Source of the DNA: Nitrospirota bacterium
Lineage (GTDB): Bacteria; Nitrospirota; Nitrospiria; SBBL01; JAADHI01
NCBI GenBank assembly: GCA_029261215.1
Contig: JAJDBT010000032.1
Location: forward strand, 4,002-68,001
Reading direction: 5' to 3'
Length of the DNA: 64,000 bases
Both the position numbers and the translations under genes were made by a program. Below the pieces are notes generated by a model. That model had not been told where the DNA came from and ran no database searches. It saw only the letters and a program-made list of their open reading frames with translations. Below, in pieces: positions 1 through 7,725 of the stretch. The number at the start of each line of letters is the position of its first letter. The stretch's first letter is position 1.

Positions 1-56
1 CCGCCCACAGCGCCCGCACCGACCACCAGAATTTTTTTGATCCCCTTACCAGACAA
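1..56 (-). CDS. N-terminal fragment of a Rossmann-fold NAD(P)/FAD-dependent oxidoreductase (gene continues past the window start)
   Basis: The reverse complement of 1-56 reads (TTG)-SGKGIKKILVVGAGAVGG, a GxGxxG dinucleotide-binding fingerprint at the N-terminus. GGAGG (rc of 71-75) lies 14 nt upstream of the TTG. The fragment is too short for a family call. Confidence 0.3.
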   Translation of the reverse strand, partial: MSGKGIKKILVVGAGAVG

Positions 57-217
57 TTCTCCCAAAAAAACCTCCACTTTTTTGTCCCGAGTTTAGAAAA
101 AAAGCAATGATACCTCGAACACGATCATCGAGGCAATTCAAGAACTGGGTCATGCACTTTACCTTCATGGGGTATTTAGGCTGGAGTACAGCCAGAGAAT
201 AGGAGGAAGCCTCTTGG

Positions 218-246
218 TTGACAAAGCTGATGTGAAGGTTTAGATT
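218..246 (+). promoter_or_regulatory. sigma70-type promoter candidate for the zapB-like/zapA operon
   Basis: TTGACA (218-223), a 17-nt spacer, then TAGATT (241-246), about 40 nt upstream of the ATG at 285. Confidence 0.45.
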
Positions 247-284
247 TACCCGATTGAAAACACAGGAACTTTTCAGAGGAAAAT

Positions 285-551
285 ATGGATTTGGAATATT
301 TAGGCATCCTGGAACAAAGGGTTCAAGAGGTTATTGAATTACTCCGAATGACAAAGGAACAAAATCAACGGTTAACACGTGAGTTGGACGAGCAAAAACA
401 GGCATTTCAACAGTTTCAACAAGAGAGGACTGAAGTCCGGCAGCGCGTTGAACATATTCTCGGTCAATTGAACCAGTTAGGGGATGAGACCGAATCAGAT
501 CTTGTCTCACAGGGGGTAGAATCAGAGGGTGAGCAAGAAACTCCATATTGA
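285..551 (+). CDS. ZapB-like coiled-coil cell-division protein
   Basis: 88-aa protein that is almost entirely heptad-like coiled coil (LEQRVQEVIELLRMTKEQNQRLTRELDEQ...) with an acidic tail. It lies immediately upstream of, and overlaps, zapA. Confidence 0.5.
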   Translation: MDLEYLGILEQRVQEVIELLRMTKEQNQRLTRELDEQKQAFQQFQQERTEVRQRVEHILGQLNQLGDETESDLVSQGVESEGEQETPY

Positions 552-825
552 GATTTTTGGTCGCCAGTATGACCTCAAAGGGCAATCTGACCAGGCTTAT
601 GCTGACCAACTGGCCGCATTTATTGACGAGAAAATGCGGGAGATCTCAACCCACTCCCCCGGAAGCCCCTATTCCAAGCTGGCCATTCTGTCCGCGATTA
701 ATATTGCACACGAGCTTTTTCAGCTGAAAGATCAACAACAAGAAATCAATACCTCTTTGGATGGCATCACCCGCACCCTCATTGAAAATATTGAAACCGA
801 AGTCCGTTCTTTTCATTCAAAATAA
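529..825 (+). CDS. zapA: Cell division protein ZapA
   Basis: 98-aa protein. The N-terminal beta segment (HIEIFGRQYDLKG) and C-terminal coiled coil are typical of ZapA. It has a GTG start and is followed by a 6S RNA gene, as in E. coli. Confidence 0.75.
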   Translation: MSKKLHIEIFGRQYDLKGQSDQAYADQLAAFIDEKMREISTHSPGSPYSKLAILSAINIAHELFQLKDQQQEINTSLDGITRTLIENIETEVRSFHSK

Positions 826-873
826 CACCCTTCGTATTTCCTGACATTCATTCTGTATTTCAAACACTCTCCC

Positions 874-902
874 TTGATATTCATAAACATCTTTGGTAAC
901 CT
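874..902 (+). promoter_or_regulatory. sigma70-type promoter candidate for the 6S RNA
   Basis: TTGATA (874-879), a 17-nt spacer, then TAACCT (897-902). The predicted start near 909-912 matches the 5' end of the 6S closing stem. Confidence 0.35.
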
Positions 903-911
903 CAAGCCAAC

Positions 912-1104
912 GATAAAATATGTCCCTGCTTTGTACGTGGGGTGGGTATCTTCGAACCTAACTTTTAAGCAAGGGAGCTGAGTTCAAGGGGGCGGTGAGC
1001 ATGTTCCACTTCGATGGAAAAGCCTAAAACCTTCATCTTGGCGCCCACCTGGTGACCCGGGTTTGAGCTGATCACCCTAACCACGGCAAAGTGGGGATCT
1101 TTTC
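912..1104 (+). ncRNA. ssrS: 6S RNA (SsrS), ends approximate
   Basis: Lies in the non-coding gap between zapA and rarA. GGTGAGCATG (994-1003) ... GAAAAGCCTAAAAC (1017-1030) closely matches the conserved E. coli 6S segment GGUGAGCAUG...GAGAAGCCUUAAAAC. The 5' TCCCTGCTTTG (923-933) pairs with the 3' CAAAGTGGGGA (1087-1097) over 11 bp including 2 G-U pairs, forming the closing stem, which is followed by a U-rich tail. zapA-ssrS synteny is conserved. Confidence 0.75.
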
Positions 1105-1205
1105 TTTTCCCAGAAGTCACAATGTGATACGCCCCAGCAAACCCCTATTGACCCTTTATTTCCCTTTTCGTTTTTTCTGTTTTAATCTTAAGGACTTGAG
1201 TGCAC

Positions 1206-2564
1206 ATGGAGCTTTTTCCAGATCGAACAAAAACCAAAGATCCAATAACGCCCCCAAGTGCGCCCTTGGCCTGGCGGATGCGGCCTGAAGATTTTTCAGA
1301 GTATTTCGGCCAAAGCCATGTACTGGGTCCGGGAAAATTGCTCCGCCGCGCGATTGAAGCCGATCGGGTTTCATCACTCATCCTTTATGGACCACCCGGA
1401 TGCGGGAAAACCGCACTGGCACATTTGATTGCACGATACAGCCGCGCAATATTTACCGACCTCAACGCCGTCACCGCCGGCATTTCAGATATCCGCCAGG
1501 TCATCGCAAACGCACGCAAGACAAAAGCCGCCACAGGACAAAAAACCCTGGTCCTCATCGACGAAATCCACCGTTTCAATAAAGTGCAGCAGTCCGCTCT
1601 TCTGCCCGATGTCGAGCAAGGCTATATCACCCTCGTCGGGGCATCCACACAAAACCCCTTTTTCTCCATTATTCCCGCGCTTTCATCTCGCTCACAAATT
1701 ATCGAACTCAAACCACTTCAACCCGAAGAATTGCTGGGACTACTCAATCGGGCGATTCAAGACAAAAACAGAGGTTATGGTAACTACGCCCTTGAGGTAG
1801 AGGAGGCCGCAAAACAGCATCTCATCAAAACAACAGAGGGTGATGCCCGTAAATTGCTGAATGCCTTTGAAATCGGGGTTTCCACAACCCCGCCGAATGA
1901 GGCAGGTCTGATCCATTTTGATCGGACCGTCGCGGAAGAGTCGATTCAAAAAAAAGGAGTCGTTTATGAAAACAAGGATGACCACTACGATGTCATCTCG
2001 GCCTTCATCAAAAGCATTCGCGGCTCTGATCCCGATGCAGCGATTTATTGGATGGCCAAGATGATTTATGCCGGAGAAGATCCCCTCTTTATCGCCCGAC
2101 GCCTCATTATTTCCGCTGCGGAAGATATCGGCAATGCCGACCCGGATGCCCTGGGCATTGCAGTCGCTGCACATCGCGCCATTGAAGCCATCGGCATGCC
2201 GGAAGGGCGCATTCCACTGGCCGAGGCCGTCACCTACCTGGCTGCCGCGCCAAAGAGCAATGCAGCCTATCTCGCAATTGATGCCGCCCTCAACGAAATC
2301 AGTGCAGGACGGACAATGCCTGTGCCCCAACATTTAAAAGATGCACACTACAAAGGCGCGAAACAGCTCGAACGAGGGCTGGATTATATTTATCCTCATG
2401 ACTTTCCCGGTCACTTTATTCCCCAAGACTATCTTCCGGAAAAACGAGCCTACTATCATCCAAGTGATCAGGGGAAAGAGCAAGACATTGCAGAACGAAT
2501 GAGATTATGGCAAACAATAAAAGAGGCCGCAAAAGATAAATCGCTTCAAAAGAAAAAACCATAG
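1206..2564 (+). CDS. rarA: Replication-associated recombination protein A (AAA+ ATPase RarA/MgsA)
   Basis: Walker A GPPGCGKT, Walker B LVLIDEIHRF, and the conserved MgsA C-terminal domain (DAAIYWMAKMIYAGEDPLFIARRL). ATG at 1206 is preferred over the in-frame GTG at 1200. Confidence 0.9.
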   Translation: MELFPDRTKTKDPITPPSAPLAWRMRPEDFSEYFGQSHVLGPGKLLRRAIEADRVSSLILYGPPGCGKTALAHLIARYSRAIFTDLNAVTAGISDIRQVIANARKTKAATGQKTLVLIDEIHRFNKVQQSALLPDVEQGYITLVGASTQNPFFSIIPALSSRSQIIELKPLQPEELLGLLNRAIQDKNRGYGNYALEVEEAAKQHLIKTTEGDARKLLNAFEIGVSTTPPNEAGLIHFDRTVAEESIQKKGVVYENKDDHYDVISAFIKSIRGSDPDAAIYWMAKMIYAGEDPLFIARRLIISAAEDIGNADPDALGIAVAAHRAIEAIGMPEGRIPLAEAVTYLAAAPKSNAAYLAIDAALNEISAGRTMPVPQHLKDAHYKGAKQLERGLDYIYPHDFPGHFIPQDYLPEKRAYYHPSDQGKEQDIAERMRLWQTIKEAAKDKSLQKKKP

Positions 2565-2575
2565 AGACGATTTAA

Positions 2576-3952
2576 ATGTCCGATGTCGAGGCCATTCCGC
2601 CTTCAAGAAAAAAAATATTTACAGTCCACGAATTGACGGGAGAGATTCGCAGCCTGCTTGAAGATCACTTCTCAAGCCTTTGGGTCGAGGGAGAAATTTC
2701 AGATTTAAGAAGTCCCCGTTCCGGGCACCTCTACTTCACGCTAAAGGACAGCAAGGCAAGCATCAAAATAGTGATTTTTAAGTCTCATCTGCGCTTTTTG
2801 CGTTTTGTCCCGAAAGAAGGGACGCATGTCTTGATCCGCGCACACCTGAGCCTCTATGAACCGAGAGGTGAATATCAACTCATCTGTGACTATATTGAGC
2901 CATTGGGTGCAGGCGCCCTACAGGCCGCTTTTGAAGCGCTAAAAGAAAAACTGCAACAAGAAGGGCTTTTTGATCTTGAAAGGAAAAGGCCGATACCATT
3001 TCTTCCTGTCCGGATCGGGATCATCACCTCCCCAAACGGCGCAGCCATCCAGGATGTGATGAAGGTCCTTCAAAACAGCGATTTTCACTGCCATATTTTT
3101 CTTTACCCGGTCAGTGTACAGGGCTCAAGTGCAGCCAATGAAATCGCACAGGCGCTCGATCAAATCAATCGCTTCAGCCAGGAAGCACCTCATCCCCTCG
3201 ACCTCTTACTGCTCACACGCGGCGGGGGCTCGCTCGAAGATCTCTGGGCCTTTAATGACCCCGCAATTGCCTATGCCATTGCCCATTCAAAAATCCCTGT
3301 TATCTCTGCAGTCGGACACGAAAGTGATACCAGCATCGCAGATCATGTTGCCGACCTGCGTGCGCCAACCCCGACCGCCGCTGCAGAAATCATTGTTCGG
3401 CGCGGCCTGGCAGCGGTCGAATCCTTTTATCGTTTGCATGAAAAACTGCTGACGTCCATGCAACGACAGATGGAATCACACAGAAACCAGCTGTACATGG
3501 CCATGCGACTCCTAACAGCACCCACACATCAAACACACTTTTTAAAAAACAGGATTCAAGACCTGCACCTTCGTTTAAATCAATCGATGGATCATCTTTT
3601 GACTGAACAACGCAGACGTATCCAGTCTGCGAGTCAGGGGCTTGTCCACCTCAGTCCTGTCCATCAATTGACCCATTTCAGGCAACAGCTCAATCAACTC
3701 AAAACACGACTCACACAGGAGGGACGTAAAATCGTCGCCAAAAACAGAACCCTGCTGCAAACGGGCATGAATCAGCTCAATCTCGTGAGCCCTTTGAATA
3801 TTCTGGAACGAGGATACAGCATTACCCGACGGCTTCCCCTAAAGGAAGTCGTCCGAAAAACAAGCGATGTGTGTGTAGGAGACCAAGTAGAAATCAAGCT
3901 GCACAAAGGCAGCCTGATTTGCACAACAGAAGAGATAAAACGGGGAAAATAA
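2576..3952 (+). CDS. xseA: Exodeoxyribonuclease VII large subunit
   Basis: N-terminal OB-fold segment (VWVEGEISDLRSPRSGHLYFTLKD), a catalytic core (TRGGGSLEDLWAFN, GHESD) and a long C-terminal coiled coil. Confidence 0.9.
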   Translation: MSDVEAIPPSRKKIFTVHELTGEIRSLLEDHFSSLWVEGEISDLRSPRSGHLYFTLKDSKASIKIVIFKSHLRFLRFVPKEGTHVLIRAHLSLYEPRGEYQLICDYIEPLGAGALQAAFEALKEKLQQEGLFDLERKRPIPFLPVRIGIITSPNGAAIQDVMKVLQNSDFHCHIFLYPVSVQGSSAANEIAQALDQINRFSQEAPHPLDLLLLTRGGGSLEDLWAFNDPAIAYAIAHSKIPVISAVGHESDTSIADHVADLRAPTPTAAAEIIVRRGLAAVESFYRLHEKLLTSMQRQMESHRNQLYMAMRLLTAPTHQTHFLKNRIQDLHLRLNQSMDHLLTEQRRRIQSASQGLVHLSPVHQLTHFRQQLNQLKTRLTQEGRKIVAKNRTLLQTGMNQLNLVSPLNILERGYSITRRLPLKEVVRKTSDVCVGDQVEIKLHKGSLICTTEEIKRGK

Positions 3953-3972
3953 CAGACCGCTGCTTAGAAAGT

Positions 3973-4374
3973 CTACCTATTTTGGACCATCCGTTTTGGG
4001 CCATCCTTGAAAAGGATTTCGATTTTGTTTCGTTCAATCACCGCAACAATAAAACCAATGCCAAAGGTCGCATGGTCAATCATCTGGTTTTCTTTAAAGT
4101 TGCCCTGTGTACTGTATTTCTTCGCATCAGAATAATCATCCCCTTCAATTTTACCCATCAGCACTTCATATTCAGACTTCTTCGTTTTTCGGGTTGTGCC
4201 GGGCGCTTTTTTCTCCGGGGGTTTCTCACGATAATTATGGTGACCATTACATGTTTTACATTTTGCTTTTTTGGGAAAGTCATCCACCAAGGCGACAATT
4301 TTATGATCTAACATTAACTTACATTTTGTACACCACGATACAATGTCATTGCCCACTTCATATTGGATTGTCAT
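3973..4374 (-). CDS. Hypothetical zinc-ribbon protein
   Basis: 133-aa protein with CxxC...CxxC (CTKCK...CKTCNG), then a Lys-rich linker and a small C-terminal domain. No family recognised. Confidence 0.55.
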   Translation of the reverse strand: MTIQYEVGNDIVSWCTKCKLMLDHKIVALVDDFPKKAKCKTCNGHHNYREKPPEKKAPGTTRKTKKSEYEVLMGKIEGDDYSDAKKYSTQGNFKENQMIDHATFGIGFIVAVIERNKIEILFKDGPKRMVQNR

Positions 4375-4483
4375 AGACTGTCTTTCTTTGACTGGATTAA
4401 AAGATGCACTCGATCACTGACATCATCCTCTAATCGGGCTTCAGAGTCAAGAAAAGGCTCAAAATACGCCAATCTACGCCGCT

Positions 4484-4522
4484 TAAAAAAACACGTTAGA
4501 TGAAAGACCTTCGGGGTTCATC
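4484..4522 (-). terminator. Possible intrinsic terminator after nirB
   Basis: The minus strand reads GAUGAA-CCCCGAAGGUCU-UUCAUC at the nirB stop, then UAACGUG and U7. The 7-nt gap between stem and U-tract weakens the call. Confidence 0.35.
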
Positions 4523-7020
4523 TACCCGTTATTTTCCGCTTCCTGAAGGACTTCAATCAGACCCGGACCATCAAATTGAAAAGGGTACAGCGGGTCTTCG
4601 GCTTCTTTCCACGGATCTTTATAGGCATCCACCGCTTCCTGCATTTTTTCTTCGAGATTGGCACAGATGCCCAAAGAGTCCTCAATCAAAATACCTTTTA
4701 AAAGGTCGATGCCAATCCTTTCGACAAAACCATAGGTCCGCTCCAGATATTTGGCGTGCTGCCGGTAATATTCCAGGAACCGGCTTGTGTACTGGATGAC
4801 CGCTTCAGGGCGATCCACCGTGCAAAGCAGGTCTCCTTTACGAATCGTGCTGCCCGCTGCCCCACCGATATAAATCTCCCAACATCCGCCTTCAATGGCC
4901 ACAATACCAACATCTTTCACATAGGCTTCTGCGCAGTTGCGAGGGCAGCCCGTCACAGCCATTTTGACTTTATGTGGAGATTCCACACCTTGAAAACGGC
5001 GTTCGATTTCCTGTGCCAGAGAAATCGAGTCCCCCAGTCCAAAGCGGCAAAAATCGGTACCGACACAGCTTTTTACGGTACGAAAAGCCTTGGTGTAGGC
5101 GTGGCCGCTGGGCAATCCGATGTCCTTCCAAATGGCAGGGAGATCTTCTTTTTTGATGCCCAGAAGATCAATGCGTTGCCCTCCGGTAAACTTCACCATT
5201 TTGGCTTTATATTTGACAGCGGCCTGGGCAATTCTCAGCAACTCGTCGGGGCTCGTCACACCGCCCATAATTCTGGGAACGACAGAAAAGGTCCCATCTT
5301 TTTGAATATTGGCATGGACACGGTCATTAATAAACCGCGCATCACGCTCGTCTTCGTAATCTTTGGGCCAAAGAGTCTTGAGCAAGGAGGCCAGGCCCGT
5401 TTTTGTGGTCGGATCTTCCTCGCCCTCTCCCAAGACTTGAAGGGTCGCGCTCACTGATTTTAAGCCCCTCGAACGCACTTCTCGAACCAGCTGGGATTTT
5501 TCAAGGGGAATGCCCGGCACATAATAATGCTCGCTGGCGTCGTAAGAGACTTTTCCGATCCTGGATTCAATCAACTGGGCGATAAAACCACGGCACGACC
5601 CACAGCCCTGTCCGGCCCTGGTTTTTGTGCCAATGGCTGCAACACTCGTGCAGTTGTCATTATCAATTGCAGATAAAATGTCGCCTTTGCATACCCCGTT
5701 ACAATTGCAAATCTGGGCGGAATTCGGCAAATCCGCCGCATTGAACAATCGCGCGCCTTCGATCGACCCAAAAAGGATTTCTCCACGATTTTCAGGCAAG
5801 GGTTTTTCATTTTGAAAAAGCTGCATCAGGCTGTCGCTGAGCTCGGTGTCGCCCAACAAAATGGCACCATGAATTTTATTGTCTCGGACAATGAGTTTTT
5901 TATAAACGCCTCGGCTCGGATCGCGGTACACCAAAATTTCGTCATCTGTTTCATCGGTCTCTTTTTCGCCCATCGAGGTCAAGTCCACGCCCATCACTTT
6001 CAGCTTTGTACCCGTCTTCGACCCGATATATTCCGCATCTTCATTCACACCCGTTAGAATATCCGCCAAAACCGCCACCTGCTGCCAAATGGGATCAACA
6101 AGACCATAGGTTTTGCCTCGATGTTCAATACATTCTCCCACCGCATAAATATGGGGGTCATTCGTTCTCATTTGATCATCGACAAGAATACCGCGATTCA
6201 CCTTAAGATGACTCTTATCCGCCACCTCAACAATCGGGACAATGCCTGCGCTGATCACCACCAGATCGGTTTCCAAAAGGCTGCCATCATTAAAAACAAG
6301 CCGACCCACCTTGCCATTTTTTTCAACCAGCTGCGTGCTAAAGGTTCGAGTCAAAACACGCAGACCCATCGCGCCCATCGCGCCCTCTAAAATCTTGGCC
6401 GCTTCCCTGTCCAGCTGGGAAGGCATGAGTTGATCAGCTGCTTCAATGACAGACACCTCCAGATCGTGCGTCATCAGACCGCGCGCCGCTTCCAGCCCCA
6501 GTAGCCCGCCACCGATGACTGCCGCTTTTTTGCAGTTTTTCGCATAGTCCGCAATCAGGTCACAATCATCAATGGTTCTAAATAGAAAAACCCCCGGCAA
6601 ATCACTGCCCTTGATCCTCGGCACAAAAGGGCGTGCACCTGTTGCAACAATCAATTCATCGTAGTCGGCCTCAATCAGATCCGCACCCTTTTCTCCCGCG
6701 ACTTCCGATCCGTAAGGCGGAGTGCCTTTTGAAAGTTTCAGCCCGAATACCTTTTTTTGCGCCCGATCAATATGGGTCACTTTCACCCCGACGTGCAGTG
6801 TAATGTCGTTGTCCGTGTACCATTGCAGCGGGTTGATAAAAATATCATCAGGCGCTTGTGTCTGATTGAGGACGTTGCTCAATAAAATACGGTTATAGTT
6901 TCCGTAGGGCTCTGCGCCAAACATCACAATTTCGAAGGCATCGCGGTCCCGTTTCAATATTTCGTCCACCGCTCTGGCGCCAGCCATCCCATTTCCGATC
7001 ACAACCAGTTTTTTCTTCAC
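4522..7020 (-). CDS. nirB: NAD(P)H-dependent nitrite reductase large subunit
   Basis: FAD site VVIGNGMAG, NAD site AAVIGGGLLGLEAA, a BFD-like 2Fe-2S region (ICNCNGVCKGD...GQGCGSCRG), and a sirohaem/4Fe-4S domain (CVGTDFC...VTGCPRNCAEA). The start is set at GTG 7020, which has a GAGGAG SD 6 nt upstream; the ORF track extends to TTG 7050. Confidence 0.9.
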   Translation of the reverse strand: MKKKLVVIGNGMAGARAVDEILKRDRDAFEIVMFGAEPYGNYNRILLSNVLNQTQAPDDIFINPLQWYTDNDITLHVGVKVTHIDRAQKKVFGLKLSKGTPPYGSEVAGEKGADLIEADYDELIVATGARPFVPRIKGSDLPGVFLFRTIDDCDLIADYAKNCKKAAVIGGGLLGLEAARGLMTHDLEVSVIEAADQLMPSQLDREAAKILEGAMGAMGLRVLTRTFSTQLVEKNGKVGRLVFNDGSLLETDLVVISAGIVPIVEVADKSHLKVNRGILVDDQMRTNDPHIYAVGECIEHRGKTYGLVDPIWQQVAVLADILTGVNEDAEYIGSKTGTKLKVMGVDLTSMGEKETDETDDEILVYRDPSRGVYKKLIVRDNKIHGAILLGDTELSDSLMQLFQNEKPLPENRGEILFGSIEGARLFNAADLPNSAQICNCNGVCKGDILSAIDNDNCTSVAAIGTKTRAGQGCGSCRGFIAQLIESRIGKVSYDASEHYYVPGIPLEKSQLVREVRSRGLKSVSATLQVLGEGEEDPTTKTGLASLLKTLWPKDYEDERDARFINDRVHANIQKDGTFSVVPRIMGGVTSPDELLRIAQAAVKYKAKMVKFTGGQRIDLLGIKKEDLPAIWKDIGLPSGHAYTKAFRTVKSCVGTDFCRFGLGDSISLAQEIERRFQGVESPHKVKMAVTGCPRNCAEAYVKDVGIVAIEGGCWEIYIGGAAGSTIRKGDLLCTVDRPEAVIQYTSRFLEYYRQHAKYLERTYGFVERIGIDLLKGILIEDSLGICANLEEKMQEAVDAYKDPWKEAEDPLYPFQFDGPGLIEVLQEAENNG

Positions 7021-7062
7021 ACACTTCTCCTCTGTTTTTTCAAGACACAAGCAAACAAATGT

Positions 7063-7404
7063 TTACAGCTTCACTAACTCCACCAAAGCCGGGTGATATT
7101 CAATAAAAAGCGTGCCTTCCTCGACCCAGGCCGGAAAAGTCCGAACCGTTTCATTCGGGGCACTTCCCATTCCGGTTTTCAAATCAAACTTGTGACCATG
7201 CAGGGGGCAAACCACTTCGCCATTTCCGATAATCCCTTCAGAAAGCGGCCCGTTTGAATGCGGGCAGCGATTTTCAATGGCCGTCACCAAACCATCCCTG
7301 GATCTAAAAACTGCAATGCCTTCTTCTTCCACTTGATAACACAATCCCTGCCCCAAGGGCACCTTTTCAATGGGGCCGAGATTAATACGCCATGATTTTT
7401 CCAT
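7063..7404 (-). CDS. nirD: Nitrite reductase small subunit (Rieske-like)
   Basis: 113-aa protein with a Rieske-type fold carrying CPH...CPLHG. It lies directly upstream of nirB and has an AAGGAG SD. Confidence 0.85.
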   Translation of the reverse strand: MEKSWRINLGPIEKVPLGQGLCYQVEEEGIAVFRSRDGLVTAIENRCPHSNGPLSEGIIGNGEVVCPLHGHKFDLKTGMGSAPNETVRTFPAWVEEGTLFIEYHPALVELVKL

Positions 7405-7436
7405 TTTGAGCTCCTTGATGTGACATTAAAATCAAT

Positions 7437-7471
7437 AAAAAAAGGCGCCTAGATCAATTGATCCAGGCGCC
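7437..7471 (-). terminator. Intrinsic-terminator-like hairpin 35 nt upstream of the nirD start (putative attenuator)
   Basis: The minus strand reads GGCGCCUGGAUCAA/UUGAUCUAGGCGCC, a roughly 12-bp stem with one G-U pair, followed by U7. The stem is better on the minus strand; on the plus strand the same position is an A-C mismatch. Confidence 0.7.
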
Positions 7472-7527
7472 TTTGCCTAAAAACCGAACAACAACTCACC
7501 TTAAAGTAGTAGCAATCATCATGCCTA

Positions 7528-7583
7528 AAACACTTAGAAAAGGAAAAACCATAAAATATCTTTTTTTTCAAACACTTAGAAAA
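7528..7583. repeat. Two copies of a 14-nt direct repeat AAACACTTAGAAAA in the nas-nir spacer
   Basis: Exact copies at 7528-7541 and 7570-7583, with starts 42 nt apart (about four helical turns). They sit in an AT-rich non-coding region upstream of the nirD leader hairpin. Confidence 0.6.
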
Positions 7584-7725
7584 CAGACAAAAGACTGTCC
7601 CCTCGAATAACCAGGGATCAGACCCTACAATAATGTCTGCTTCCAAACAAAAACCGCAGAAATTGCATCCTAAACCAGAACAGAACAAGACCCTGATTCA
7701 TTCCGGTTCCTCGCTTTTTCAGACC

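Noticed and set aside
1417-1433. sigma54-like TGGCAC-N6-TTGCA on the plus strand
   Set aside because: The spacing is one nucleotide too long (N6 rather than N5). The site lies inside the rarA coding sequence, where it encodes the Walker A neighbourhood ..ALAHLIAR.., so it is most likely coincidental.
4756-5457. 233-aa plus-strand ORF, with several shorter ones, antisense to nirB
   Set aside because: It lies entirely inside a confidently identified nirB gene on the other strand. Its composition is low-complexity and Arg/Ala/Gly/Phe-rich, typical of antisense frames, and no motif is recognisable.
7449-7688. Cys-rich 79-aa minus-strand ORF (CSGLGCNFCGFC...) spanning the nas-nir spacer, with its stop codon inside the terminator hairpin; considered as a leader peptide or RiPP-like precursor
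   Set aside because: It has a TTG start with no Shine-Dalgarno sequence. The Phe/Cys/Lys-rich composition follows simply from the U/G-rich spacer, and there are no adjacent maturation genes. I treat the region as non-coding leader RNA. Ribosome profiling would be needed to revive the idea.
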